A DNA stretch of 64,000 bases from Patescibacteria group bacterium. GTDB lineage: Bacteria; Patescibacteriota; Patescibacteriia; Patescibacteriales; UBA12465. The notes under the pieces were generated by a model. That model saw only the letters and a program-made list of their open reading frames with translations. It did not search any database and was not told the DNA's origin. Where the stretch lies: contig JBBACQ010000003.1 of the NCBI GenBank assembly GCA_041656935.1, forward strand, positions 27,358 through 91,357. The letters are read 5' to 3'. Below, in pieces: positions 10,186 to 20,591 of this stretch (position 1 is the stretch's first letter; the number at the start of each line of letters is the position of its first letter). The position numbers were made by a program, and so were the translations under genes.

Positions 10186-11319
10186 ATGTCTAAAAATAAT
10201 AAAGCACAAATATTAGAGGGGTCTCGGGCGATTGCCTTAACTATAAAAAACATCCAACCCGATGTTATTTCTGCTTACCCAATTACTCCCCAAACCCATA
10301 TTGTCGAAGATTTAGCTAAATTTAAAGCTGATGGCCTAGCTAATTATGAATATATTCGATCGGAAAGTGAATTTTCAGCAGCTTCTATTGTTCTCGGTGC
10401 CTCCGCCAAAGGAGCTCGCGCTTATAGCGCTACCAGTTCTCAAGGGCTACTCTTAATGACCGAAGTAATCTACAATATTTCCGGAATGCGTTTGCCAATA
10501 GTTATGACTTTAGCTAATCGAGCCATTTCCGCCCCCATTAATATTTGGAATGACCACCAAGACGCCATGGCTATTCGTGACGCCGGTTGGATTATGTTAT
10601 TCGCCGAAAATAATCAAGAGGCTGTTTGGCAACATCTTTTAGCTTTTAAAATCGCTGAAAAATTATCCCTACCGGTCATGGTAAATATTGATGGTTTTAT
10701 TTTAACTCACTGCTATGAACCCGTTTATATCCCTGAAAAAAAACTAATCAAAAAGTTTTTACCAAAATACAAACCACTTAAGGGAAAATATTTAGATTCT
10801 AAAAATCCTATTACTATGGGGGCTTTTATGACCCCTCAACATTATCAAGAATACCGAAAAAAAATAGCTGATGATTTTACTACAGCTATAGAAGAAATTA
10901 AAACTGAACATCAAATTTTACAAAAACTTACCAAAGCAAAAATGATTAAAGGAGTTATTGATAATGGTTTAATAGAATATTCTGGACCCAAAAACCCCCA
11001 GACCATTATAATAGCTATGGGTTCGGTAATTGGAACTATAAAATCAGCCATCGCTTCGATAACGACAACTAAAAATAATAGTGTGGGAGTCTTAAAAATA
11101 AAATCTTACCGTCCTTTTCCAGCCAAGGAAATATATGATATAATAAAAAGAGCTAAAAACTTAATAGTCTTAGAAAAAGCTATTAGCCCAGGAAATTTTA
11201 GCCCCTTATTTTTAGATATAAAATCAATAAGTTCCGACCGCCAAAAGATAAAAAGTTTTATTAGCGGATTAGGCGGACGCGATATCACCGAAAAAGAAAT
11301 TTTAAAGATTATAAAATAA
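10186..11319 (+). CDS. porA: Pyruvate:ferredoxin oxidoreductase alpha subunit
   Basis: AYPITPQT...SESEFSAAS...ATSSQGL motifs of the POR alpha family. Confidence 0.9.
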   Translation: MSKNNKAQILEGSRAIALTIKNIQPDVISAYPITPQTHIVEDLAKFKADGLANYEYIRSESEFSAASIVLGASAKGARAYSATSSQGLLLMTEVIYNISGMRLPIVMTLANRAISAPINIWNDHQDAMAIRDAGWIMLFAENNQEAVWQHLLAFKIAEKLSLPVMVNIDGFILTHCYEPVYIPEKKLIKKFLPKYKPLKGKYLDSKNPITMGAFMTPQHYQEYRKKIADDFTTAIEEIKTEHQILQKLTKAKMIKGVIDNGLIEYSGPKNPQTIIIAMGSVIGTIKSAIASITTTKNNSVGVLKIKSYRPFPAKEIYDIIKRAKNLIVLEKAISPGNFSPLFLDIKSISSDRQKIKSFISGLGGRDITEKEILKIIK

Positions 11320-11336
11320 AAATTAAAAAATAACGT

Positions 11337-11480
11337 ATGTTTAAATTGTTTGATAAAATTATCAGAAAAAAACCTAGTCATAAAATAACTGGTTGGCCCT
11401 TGGTTTTTTTAATAACATTTTTCTTCATTTTTTTAATCCAAATTTTAATTTTAATAATATTAATGAAAATAATAAATTAA
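11337..11480 (+). CDS. Possible 47-aa single-pass membrane peptide
   Basis: My own translation: MFKLFDKIIRKKPSHKITGWPLVFLITFFFIFLIQILILIILMKIIN. It falls below the ORF-track length cutoff and fills the porA-to-pilin-like gap. Confidence 0.25.
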   Translation: MFKLFDKIIRKKPSHKITGWPLVFLITFFFIFLIQILILIILMKIIN

Positions 11481-11484
11481 AAAT

Positions 11485-12348
11485 ATGAAAAATAATAGAA
11501 ACATCACTCTTAAGGCCATTATTCTAATATTTTTTTTATTAATATTTTTTGTTCCCATTAATAAAACTTTAGCCAGTGGAATAGAATTTGTCCCTCAAGT
11601 TACCATCCCGGGATCTAATTTTATTAAAGGACAAAACACTACTATAGAAGGCGGAACCAAGGCCTTGGCTATCTATGTTAAATCTATTTATAATTACTTA
11701 TTAGCCATAGTTGGATTGCTCGCTGCTATTGTTTTAATGGTTTCGGGTGTTATTTGGTTAACCGCTGGAGGAAATACTGAAAAAATCGGCCAAGCTAAAG
11801 GCTGGATGACTGGTAGTTTAACTGGTTTAATTTTAATGCTAACTTCCTACGTAATTTTAAGAACGATAAATCCTTATTTGGTTGATTTTAGAACAAACGA
11901 TGTTGATAATATTGACCGCCGAGAAAAAAACACTGTTTGCGTTAAATATAATGAAGGGGAAAGACAAGGAGAAACAAAAGATGGTAAATTATTTATAACC
12001 AGAACCGCCGCCGAAATAGCCGAGAATGAAAAACTTAAAGAAGAAGGAAAAACTATTCAAAATGTAGCCAAAGAGTGCTTAGAAGATGAAGTTTGTGCTA
12101 AAATTAAATATGAAAATCCTAATGATATTTTTGAATGTACTAAAAAAAATAAAATTAGATGTTGCCAATATGAAAAAATGGATTCACTCGGAATAACTTG
12201 CAAAACAATAACTAACGGAGAAAGTTGCCCTGATCCTAAAGAATCATATCCTGATATTAAATTAAAATATATATACGAAGAAGAGATTTGTGATTTGCAA
12301 TTTAATAATTCTGGAAGAAATGCCTGTGTCCCAGATGGAAAAATGTAA
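11485..12348 (+). CDS. Cys-rich membrane protein with a TrbC/VirB2-like (type IV secretion pilin-like) two-helix domain
   Basis: Signal/anchor, then AIVGLLAAIVLMVSGVIWLTAGGNTEKIGQAKGWMTGSLTGLILMLTSYVIL, then a Cys-rich C-terminal extension. Paralogous core to the ORF at 13236-14618. Confidence 0.6.
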   Translation: MKNNRNITLKAIILIFFLLIFFVPINKTLASGIEFVPQVTIPGSNFIKGQNTTIEGGTKALAIYVKSIYNYLLAIVGLLAAIVLMVSGVIWLTAGGNTEKIGQAKGWMTGSLTGLILMLTSYVILRTINPYLVDFRTNDVDNIDRREKNTVCVKYNEGERQGETKDGKLFITRTAAEIAENEKLKEEGKTIQNVAKECLEDEVCAKIKYENPNDIFECTKKNKIRCCQYEKMDSLGITCKTITNGESCPDPKESYPDIKLKYIYEEEICDLQFNNSGRNACVPDGKM

Positions 12349-12377
12349 AAAAATTAAAAAATATATAAATATTATCC

Positions 12378-13211
12378 ATGAATAAAAAAAAACTAATTTC
12401 ATCCGGTCACAACGCCTGTGCCGGTTGCGGACAATTATCAGCCGTGCAATCGGTAATGCGGGCTCTAGGAGATGATGTTATTATCGCCAATGCTACTGGT
12501 TGTCTAGAAGTAACCACCACTCCCTATCCTCAAAGTGCTTGGGGAGTCCCTTGGATACACTCTCTATTTGAAAATCCTTCGGCTGTAGCTACTGGAATAT
12601 CAGCTACCCTAAAAAAACAAAAAAATCTCAAAACTAAAGTTGTAGTTATGGCTGGCGACGGTGGAACTTTTGATATTGGTTTAGGATTAATCAGCGGAAT
12701 GTGGGAAAGAAAAGAAAATATTTTATATATTTGTTATGATACTGAAAGTTATTCTAATACTGGTTACCAAGCTTCGGGGGCCACTCCTTATGGAGCTTCC
12801 ACCAGTACCTCACCTAAGGGAAGTTGTCCTCCCCAAAAAACACTTTGTAATACTATCGGAAATCAATATCAAAAAAAGGATATGATAAAAATTGCTCTAG
12901 CCCATGATGTCCCTTACGTTGCTCAAACTACAGCTGGCTATCCCGACGATATTTATAATAAAGTGAAAAAAGGTAAAGAAATAAATGGTCCAGCTTATAT
13001 TCAAATTTTATCGCCTTGTGTTCCCGGTTGGGGAATAAAAACTAATGAAGCTGTTAAAATTGGAAAATTAGCCGTTCAAAGTGATTTATATCCTTTATTA
13101 GAATATGAAAATGGAATATTAACAAACAAAAGTGAAAAGCCAAATAACTTTTCCGAAGTAAAAAAAGAATATTTACAAAAACAAAAAAGATTCCAACATT
13201 TAATAAAATAA
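12378..13211 (+). CDS. porB: Pyruvate:ferredoxin oxidoreductase beta subunit (TPP-binding)
   Basis: GHNACAGCGQ...GDGGTFDIG motifs. Confidence 0.9.
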   Translation: MNKKKLISSGHNACAGCGQLSAVQSVMRALGDDVIIANATGCLEVTTTPYPQSAWGVPWIHSLFENPSAVATGISATLKKQKNLKTKVVVMAGDGGTFDIGLGLISGMWERKENILYICYDTESYSNTGYQASGATPYGASTSTSPKGSCPPQKTLCNTIGNQYQKKDMIKIALAHDVPYVAQTTAGYPDDIYNKVKKGKEINGPAYIQILSPCVPGWGIKTNEAVKIGKLAVQSDLYPLLEYENGILTNKSEKPNNFSEVKKEYLQKQKRFQHLIK

Positions 13212-13235
13212 TTTTTGAATTACTCTTCTAAAAAT

Positions 13236-14618
13236 ATGCCTAAATATTTTAATAAAATAATCACTCTATCTTTATTAATATTATTTTTTGTTTTTTTAGT
13301 TCCCACCACACAGGTTCAATCAGCTGAAATTGGAGAAAAATGTACAAGTTTTCAAGATTGCCCTATTAACAATATGTGCGTTTACTCAGGGATGTCTAAA
13401 AGATGTTATCCTAAAATAGGGGGAGGTTGTAATAGTAATAATGATTGTTCTCATATAGAAGAACACTTAGGAATTCCTGGGGCTTTTTGTGATTTATCTA
13501 AACCGGTATTAACATACCCCGGAAGTTGCTTTAGCGCTAGCAGTGCTCCCAAAACAACCACCGATGATGGTTGTTCCTGGCGAGTAGAAAGACTTGTTCC
13601 CGGTGGCACAGTAAGCACTTTTCAAGGAGGATGCTATAGTACCGAAGAAAAATCTAGTAATGATAAATGTAAAACTATTACCCAACCAGAAAAAAATTCT
13701 GGAGACACTATCTACTGTTGTTGCCGAAAAAAAACGGAAGAAAAAGTTAAAACTCCCGATTTAAATCCTTTAGGAAATTTACAAATAAAAATTCCAGGGT
13801 TAGAAGAATTAGCTGAAAAATACCCAGTAATTTGTGAAAAAAAAGACGGTAGTGAGGTTTGTAAAATACCTTGGATTGCCGTTTATATTTATGCTATTTA
13901 TAATTATCTTCTAGGTATTGGTGGAATTTTAGCAGCGCTGGCTTTAATGATTGGTGGAGTTATCTGGCTAATTTCGGCTGGAAACGCTACTCGTGTTACT
14001 CAAGCTAAAAGCTGGATTACCGGTAGTATAACTGGATTAGTTATTCTTTTAACTTCTTATGTTTTACTTTATCAAATAAATCCGAATTTAGTGGGGATGA
14101 AGTATTTAGAACTTGAAAGTGTTCTTCCATTGGCTTGTGCTGGGATAGACGAGACCAACGAAAACCCCTATATAGCCGGATGTGCAGCTTCTAAAAATGG
14201 CGATTTTAGTATTTGTCGGGCTTTTGGAGAAATAGAAGCTAATAGTTTAATTACTGACCCTGTTTCTGGGAAAAAAGTACACACCGACACATTAAATAAA
14301 TTTAATGAAGCCATGAAATGTGTCAAAGCGAAAAATTCCAATAAAGATCTTTTTAAAATATCTTCAGGCTGGAGAAGTGCTTTAGGCCAAATTAAAGCCA
14401 AGGAAGATTGGATAAAAGCAGGAGTTCCCAAAAATGCCGCTAATCCCTGTTGCTCTAATCATGGATCCGGAAAAGCAATGGACTTAATGAGATTAGATGG
14501 ACAAAAAATGTCATGGGACTATAATGAAAGCTCTGGATTAAAAGAATGTATGAATGCTCAAGGACTATACGCAAATCTATCCAGCGAACCTTGGCATTGG
14601 TCACCGACTGGAAAATAG
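13236..14618 (+). CDS. Cys-rich T4SS-pilin-like membrane protein fused to a C-terminal LAS/M15-type (VanY-like) zinc peptidase domain
   Basis: The track ORF starts at a TTG at 13215; the ATG at 13236 (MPKYFNKIITLSLL, signal-like) is more likely. Pilin-like core: ILAALALMIGGVIWLISAGNATRVTQAKSWITGSITGLVILLTSYVLL. C-terminus has SGWRS, HGSGKAMD (H-x6-D) and EPWHW. Confidence 0.6.
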   Translation: MPKYFNKIITLSLLILFFVFLVPTTQVQSAEIGEKCTSFQDCPINNMCVYSGMSKRCYPKIGGGCNSNNDCSHIEEHLGIPGAFCDLSKPVLTYPGSCFSASSAPKTTTDDGCSWRVERLVPGGTVSTFQGGCYSTEEKSSNDKCKTITQPEKNSGDTIYCCCRKKTEEKVKTPDLNPLGNLQIKIPGLEELAEKYPVICEKKDGSEVCKIPWIAVYIYAIYNYLLGIGGILAALALMIGGVIWLISAGNATRVTQAKSWITGSITGLVILLTSYVLLYQINPNLVGMKYLELESVLPLACAGIDETNENPYIAGCAASKNGDFSICRAFGEIEANSLITDPVSGKKVHTDTLNKFNEAMKCVKAKNSNKDLFKISSGWRSALGQIKAKEDWIKAGVPKNAANPCCSNHGSGKAMDLMRLDGQKMSWDYNESSGLKECMNAQGLYANLSSEPWHWSPTGK

Positions 14619-14636
14619 TTTTATTCTTTATTCTTT

Positions 14637-15046
14637 TTATTTCATTTTATCCATTGCCTCATTGGCCAATCTATCCGCTTCTTTATTATCCTCCCGATAA
14701 ACATGTTTAAAGGTTATTTTAGAAAAATTAAGAGATAAATTATATACTTCTAAAAACAAGGGTGCCAATTCCTTGTTTTTTACTTTATATTCACGATTTA
14801 ATTGTTTAACTACTAATTCACTATCTAAAAAAATATCCAGCTCCTTGGAATTTAATTCCTTCGCTTTTTTAAGAGCTTCTATTAGGGCAATATATTCGGC
14901 CTGATTATTAGTTTTCACTCCTAAAAATTTAGAGACTTCGGCCACCTTTTCTTTTTTTTCATTATACAAAACCGCTCCTATTCCAGCCGGACCAGGATTT
15001 CCCCGAGCCCGCCATCGGTGAAGATTATTAGTTTATTGAATGACAT
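14637..15046 (-). pseudogene. rnhA: RNase HI-like gene interrupted by a 1-nt frameshift
   Basis: The track ORF (14637-14969) carries AEYIALIEAL...DSELVV...EDNKEADRLAN. Upstream, the ATG at 15046 gives MSFNKLIIFTDGG and then a stop. A different frame reads RGNPGPAGIGAVLYNE, which is continuous with the ORF. Total length is 410 nt, not a multiple of 3. The shift lies in the G-run GGCGGGCTCGGGG (about 15003-15015). Confidence 0.7.
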
Positions 15047-15052
15047 ATTATT

Positions 15053-16807
15053 TTATTTCTTAATATCAATAATTTTTAATTGAATATCCTTCCGTCCATT
15101 GAACTCATTAAACTCTAAAGTATAAACAACATCAACATTATCACCAATATTCAAATGCCTATATCTTTCACTACCGCCAAAAGAAATTCCCCAAAAACTT
15201 TTCATATCCTTATCATCATGATTTAAAAATTTTATTTTTATATGTTGACTATCAAAACCCATTTTAGAGACATCAATAATTTTAACATTAAAAGTAGCAA
15301 ATTTGGGAATCGGATTACTTTGCCCAAAAGGGCTCATTTTCTCAACTAACTCTACTAACTCATCATCAATATTGCTAAAATTAATCTCACAATCAACTTT
15401 TATTTTTGGCAATAACGAAGTTTGAGCTAATTTATCTTTAGCCATTTTTTCTATACTTTTTGCAAAAAGAGAAAACTCTTCCTCAGATAAAATAGAGAAA
15501 CCTCCAGCCATGGGATGCCCACCATATTTGTACAAAAATTTTTTATTATCTTCTAGAGCCTCGACCAAATTAAATTCTTCAATGCTACGACCACTCCCCT
15601 TATACACCCATTGGGATTGACCCTGATCATCAGTTACCTGTTCTTCTGTCTTCACAACGACTAAAACTGGACGATAATATCTTTCGGTTAATTTTCCGGC
15701 TACCAATCCAATAACCCCTTCATTCCAAGAATTACTAGAAAAATCTTTAACAATAATTATTTCGGGTAAATTTTCTTTATCAATTTGACTTTCAGCCATC
15801 GACATTACTTCTTCAGTTATTTTTTGTCTTTCTAAATTTTTATTATTCAAATCTCGGGCTAATTTTTCGGCCTCTCCTTGGTCCTTGCTAATTAATAAAT
15901 TCAAAGCTGAATTAGCATGTTTAATGCGACTAGCAGCGTTAAGTCGAGGACCAATTTGAAATCCAACATTAAAAGCATTTAATTCTTTAACCGCCCCAGT
16001 CACTTTTATTAATTCCAACAACCCAATTCTTTTAGTATTGTTTAAAATTTTTAAACCCTCTTGAACTACTAAACGATTTTCTCCCACCAAGGGAACCATA
16101 TCAGTCACAGTTCCGATGGCCACTAAATCTAAACTACGAGAAATTAATAAATCTTTATACTCTTCTGGAATTTTTGATTTTTTTACTAAAGCTGAAACTA
16201 ATTTAAAAGCCACTCCCACCCCAGCCAAAAATCGAAAAGGATAGCCAGAAGAAAAATCAGCCGGATTAATAATCAAACAATCTGGTAAATCTTCTTTTTT
16301 CTCTGGATAAGCATGGTGATCGGTGACAATAATATCTAAACCTAAACTTTTAGCATATTCAACCTCTTCTTTCCCTCGGATTCCATTATCAACGGTGACT
16401 ATTAAACTAAAACCTCTATTTTTAATTTCATCAATCGCTGTTCTGTTTAAACCATAACCCTCACTAACTCTATCCGGCAGATAAAAATCAACCTCAGCCT
16501 TAAAAACTTGAAAAGCCTCGTAAAGCAAAGCTGAAGAGGTTACCCCGTCGGCATCATAATCCCCATAAATCATTATTTTATTTTTCTCTTTAATATGTTT
16601 TATTACCAAATCAACCGCTGACTCCATATTATTAAAAAGAAAAGGATCTAAAAATTCAGCCTTGTCATCTAACAAGAACCATCTCAAATCATCCGATAAT
16701 TTTATATCTCGATTATACAAAAGTTGAAGAATAAAAGGATTAAAATCTTTATTCTCCTCTTTAAAATCATTTGGCATCGAAGGATATATTTGCCATATTT
16801 TATCCAT
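15053..16807 (-). CDS. recJ: Single-stranded-DNA-specific exonuclease RecJ
   Basis: DHH family motifs (GDYDADGV, IVTDHH); size and domain order are typical. Confidence 0.9.
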   Translation of the reverse strand: MDKIWQIYPSMPNDFKEENKDFNPFILQLLYNRDIKLSDDLRWFLLDDKAEFLDPFLFNNMESAVDLVIKHIKEKNKIMIYGDYDADGVTSSALLYEAFQVFKAEVDFYLPDRVSEGYGLNRTAIDEIKNRGFSLIVTVDNGIRGKEEVEYAKSLGLDIIVTDHHAYPEKKEDLPDCLIINPADFSSGYPFRFLAGVGVAFKLVSALVKKSKIPEEYKDLLISRSLDLVAIGTVTDMVPLVGENRLVVQEGLKILNNTKRIGLLELIKVTGAVKELNAFNVGFQIGPRLNAASRIKHANSALNLLISKDQGEAEKLARDLNNKNLERQKITEEVMSMAESQIDKENLPEIIIVKDFSSNSWNEGVIGLVAGKLTERYYRPVLVVVKTEEQVTDDQGQSQWVYKGSGRSIEEFNLVEALEDNKKFLYKYGGHPMAGGFSILSEEEFSLFAKSIEKMAKDKLAQTSLLPKIKVDCEINFSNIDDELVELVEKMSPFGQSNPIPKFATFNVKIIDVSKMGFDSQHIKIKFLNHDDKDMKSFWGISFGGSERYRHLNIGDNVDVVYTLEFNEFNGRKDIQLKIIDIKK

Positions 16808-17016
16808 TTTTTTTATATTAATTTAAAAACAATCCATTAAAAACGACCCTTAATATCTTTACAATCAGCAACGATAACAATATTAAAAAATTACATTAGA
16901 GCTAATCCGATTGTCCAAGCAACCATCGAAAAAATAATAAGTATGGCCAAAATTGCCCAAACTATTTTAATGATTTTCTTTTTAGTTCTTCTTCTCATTT
17001 TTTTAATCTTAAAAAT

Positions 17017-18810
17017 TTATTTTTTTAATATTTTAACAAAAGTATCTGGCGGAATATCAACACTACCCTTACCAGCAGCCATCATTTTCTTTTTACCTTT
17101 TTTCTGTTTTTCCAATAATTTTCTTTTACGAGAAACATCACCTCCGTATAATTTAGCCGTTACATCTTTTCTCATAGCCGATAATCTTTCGGCCGCGATT
17201 ACTTTTCCGCCAATAGCGGCCTGCAGTTTTAAAACAAACATTTGTTTAGACAAGGACTCTTTTAAAATATTTACTATTTCTTTACCGCGACGATGAGCCT
17301 CATCCCGATAAACAATAACGGCTAAGGCCTCAATTGGTTCTTCGGCTACTAAGATATCCATTTTAACCACATCGGCCTGACGATAATCTAAATATTCATA
17401 ATTTATTGAAGCATAACCAGCGCTAATGCTTTTTATTTTATCATAGAAATCAGTTAAAATAGCTGACATTGGAATTTCATAATGTAAAATCACTCTTTGC
17501 TCATCGGCTCCCGAAGAAATAAATTGGGTGTTTTTATAAATTCCTCTTTTATCTTGAGCCAACTGCATAATATTTCCTATATAATCTTTAGGCGAAATTA
17601 TATCTAAAGAAACCCACGGCTCTTCTATTTTTATTATTTCTGTCGGATCGGGTAATTTTTGAGGTGTCCGAATAATTATTTCTTCATTATTTTTTTTAAA
17701 AACTCTATAAGCCACACTAGGAATTGTTACTATTAAATCTAAATTATATTCACGACGCAATCTTTCTTGAAAAATTTCCAAATGTAATAATCCTAAAAAT
17801 CCACATCTAAAACCAAATCCTAAGGCATCCGATCTTTCCGGTTCAAAAACCAAAGAACTATCATTTAATTTTAATTTAGCCATAGCTTCACGCAAATCTT
17901 CCAAATCATTTCCCTCTCTAGGAAAAACACCCGCGAAAACCATTGGCTTAACTTCCTTGTATCCGGCCAACGGATCAATGTTAGTTGAAGATAATAAGGA
18001 AACAGTATCTCCCACACGACATTCTCCGACCTCTTTAAATCCAGTAACAATATACCCAATAGACCCAGTCTCTAATAACCCGGTAGAAAAATAATCAGGT
18101 TTAAAAACGCCAATATCTAATATTTCGCTTTCGGCTTTAGTCGCTACCAATTTAATTTTATCGCCTTTTTTCAAATGGCCATCAAAAACTCTAACATAGG
18201 CCACCACTCCTTTATACTCATCGTATTTAGAGTCGAAAATTAAAGCCCGAGAGGTGTCGGTTACCGAACTTTTGGGAGGTCGGCCCTTTTCAATCACCGC
18301 TTGAAGAATTAGTTCTACTCCTTCACCCGTTTTTCCAGAAGAGGCTAAAATTTCATCTTCCGAACAACCCAATAATTTTATAATTTCTCTTTTGGTTTTA
18401 TCGGGGTTGGCAGCGGGTAAATCAATCTTATTTATAACCGGAATAATATTTAAATCTTGTTCTAAAGCTAAATATAAATTAGCTAAAGTCTGGGCCTGAA
18501 TTCCTTGGGTACAATCAACTAAGAGAACCGCCGTTTCAACAGCGGCTAAAGATCGAGAAACCTCATAAGAAAAATCAACATGACCAGGGGTGTCAATTAA
18601 ATTTATTTCATAGCCTTGATAAGACATCGTGACCGGCTGAAGTTTTATAGTAATTCCTCGCTCCCTTTCAATATCCATACCATCTAAAATTTGATCTTTC
18701 ATTTTTCTTTTATCAACGGTATTGGTAATTTCAAGCATGCGATCAGCCAAGGTTGACTTACCGTGATCAATATGCGCGATTATACAAAAATTCCTTATTT
18801 TATCAAACAT
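17017..18810 (-). CDS. lepA: Translation elongation factor 4
   Basis: FCIIAHIDHGKSTLADR, DTPGHVDF, NKIDL G-domain motifs plus the LepA C-terminal region. Confidence 0.95.
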   Translation of the reverse strand: MFDKIRNFCIIAHIDHGKSTLADRMLEITNTVDKRKMKDQILDGMDIERERGITIKLQPVTMSYQGYEINLIDTPGHVDFSYEVSRSLAAVETAVLLVDCTQGIQAQTLANLYLALEQDLNIIPVINKIDLPAANPDKTKREIIKLLGCSEDEILASSGKTGEGVELILQAVIEKGRPPKSSVTDTSRALIFDSKYDEYKGVVAYVRVFDGHLKKGDKIKLVATKAESEILDIGVFKPDYFSTGLLETGSIGYIVTGFKEVGECRVGDTVSLLSSTNIDPLAGYKEVKPMVFAGVFPREGNDLEDLREAMAKLKLNDSSLVFEPERSDALGFGFRCGFLGLLHLEIFQERLRREYNLDLIVTIPSVAYRVFKKNNEEIIIRTPQKLPDPTEIIKIEEPWVSLDIISPKDYIGNIMQLAQDKRGIYKNTQFISSGADEQRVILHYEIPMSAILTDFYDKIKSISAGYASINYEYLDYRQADVVKMDILVAEEPIEALAVIVYRDEAHRRGKEIVNILKESLSKQMFVLKLQAAIGGKVIAAERLSAMRKDVTAKLYGGDVSRKRKLLEKQKKGKKKMMAAGKGSVDIPPDTFVKILKK

Positions 18811-18881
18811 AAATAATTTTATTCCCTTACTAGTTTTAGCTTAGTATTGTAATAGATTATCCGTAATAAAGCAAACAATAA

Positions 18882-20591
18882 CTATAGCCCTCGAACTTCA
18901 CTTTGATCATCTAAATCTTTTTCTTTTTTAACTCGATGACTAAAAGGCAGTTTTCTTTTAATAACTTCCAATAATTCTAAAACTTCTTCGCTCCTCATTA
19001 CATAACAAAGCAAAACATAAACCGCCAGACCAAGTAACCCAGCAAAAAAACCTTGAGCCAATACTCCCCAGAGTTTGCTCATATCAATTACTGGCCAAAT
19101 TAAATATTTTCCTAATTGAATAAAAAAACCAGCCACCACACCAGCCACAGAAAATTTAAAAACTGAATGAATAATTTTTCTTTGATCTAAATCTCCAATT
19201 TCAAAATAGAGCCATAACCACAAAATCATAAAATTCAAAATGCTAGATATAGATAAAGCTAGGGCTAGACCGGCGACCCCCATTCTTTTACCAAAAAATA
19301 ATGATAAAAAGATATTTATCACCACAATAAAAATTCCAATATAAAAAGGTGTCTTAGAATTATAGCGAGCATAAAAAACTCTGGTTAATAATGGAATAGT
19401 CGCCTGAGCAAATAATCCCAAAGCAAAAAAGCCTAGAGTATCAATAGTTAAAACAGTATCTCTCCAAGAAAATTCACCCGTTCCTAAAACAACTCGAATT
19501 ATCTGAGCTCTTAAGGTAATTAATAAAACAGTGGAGGGAATTATAAAAAATAAAATTTGTCTAAAGGCATACGAAAAATTAGAGATTAATTTCTCTTTAT
19601 TAAAAGCAACGGCTGACAAAACCGGAAAGGCCGCCACCGCAAAAGATATTCCAAAAATACCAATAGGAAACGACTGTAAATTATTAGCAAAATTGAAAAC
19701 GGCTAGGGAACCACTAGCCAAAGTTGAAGCGATTATTGTAACCACTAATAAATTTATTTGAACGGTAGCCAAACTTAAGGTTCGGGGTAACATCATTTTA
19801 AAAATTTCTCTTAAATTATATTCTTCTAAATTGACTAAAAGCTTCCACCTAAAACCTAAAATCATAACTGAAGGAAATTGAATCATCATGTGCATAAAAG
19901 CTCCCAGAACTACCCCCCAAGCTAACCCGCTAACACCAATAATAGGGACGAAAAACAAAGCTCCAACTATTATACCTAGATTATAGAAAATAGGAGCTAG
20001 AGAAAAAATTAAAAAATTTTTAAAAGATTGCAAAACTCCACCCAATAAACTAGAAATCCCTAAAAAAATTGGGGAGAGAAACATTATTCTAGAAAGAGTA
20101 ACGGCCGTTTCTTTTAACTCTGGAGAAAATCCTGGGGCAATTATTTTTATAAGTTGCGGAGCTAAAAATAAACCCAAAATCGAAAAGAAGGCTAAAACAA
20201 TTATTAATATATTTAAAAGATTGCTTACTAAATTCCAAGCCTCTTTGTTTTCCGAACTAGAATAACAAAAATAAAAATTTTCATTACATCTCATCTTTTT
20301 TATTAAAGCTGAAAAGACGGGGATAAACCCAGCCGATAAAGCTCCTAGAATGATAAGATTATAAATTAAATCTGGAATACGAAAAGCACTATAATAAGCA
20401 TCCAAAACCTCTCCCGCCCCAAATTCTCCAGCTAAAATTCTATCTCGAAAAATTCCCAAGATTCTGGAAAACAAAGAAAATACCCCCACTAAAATAGCAG
20501 CGGCCGCAATACCAGAAGTTCTTGCTTGAAAAACATTTTTAAAACTAAACATTTTATCTAAATTATTTTTTACCAACCACCCTAACATCAA
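18882..20591 (-). CDS. murJ: Lipid II flippase MurJ/MviN
   Basis: SRILGIFRDRILAGEFGAG..LDAYYSAFRIPD and a polytopic profile. The start is probably the internal Met at 20552, which would remove the 29-nt overlap with the upstream gene. Confidence 0.85.
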   Translation of the reverse strand: MMLGWLVKNNLDKMFSFKNVFQARTSGIAAAAILVGVFSLFSRILGIFRDRILAGEFGAGEVLDAYYSAFRIPDLIYNLIILGALSAGFIPVFSALIKKMRCNENFYFCYSSSENKEAWNLVSNLLNILIIVLAFFSILGLFLAPQLIKIIAPGFSPELKETAVTLSRIMFLSPIFLGISSLLGGVLQSFKNFLIFSLAPIFYNLGIIVGALFFVPIIGVSGLAWGVVLGAFMHMMIQFPSVMILGFRWKLLVNLEEYNLREIFKMMLPRTLSLATVQINLLVVTIIASTLASGSLAVFNFANNLQSFPIGIFGISFAVAAFPVLSAVAFNKEKLISNFSYAFRQILFFIIPSTVLLITLRAQIIRVVLGTGEFSWRDTVLTIDTLGFFALGLFAQATIPLLTRVFYARYNSKTPFYIGIFIVVINIFLSLFFGKRMGVAGLALALSISSILNFMILWLWLYFEIGDLDQRKIIHSVFKFSVAGVVAGFFIQLGKYLIWPVIDMSKLWGVLAQGFFAGLLGLAVYVLLCYVMRSEEVLELLEVIKRKLPFSHRVKKEKDLDDQSEVRGL

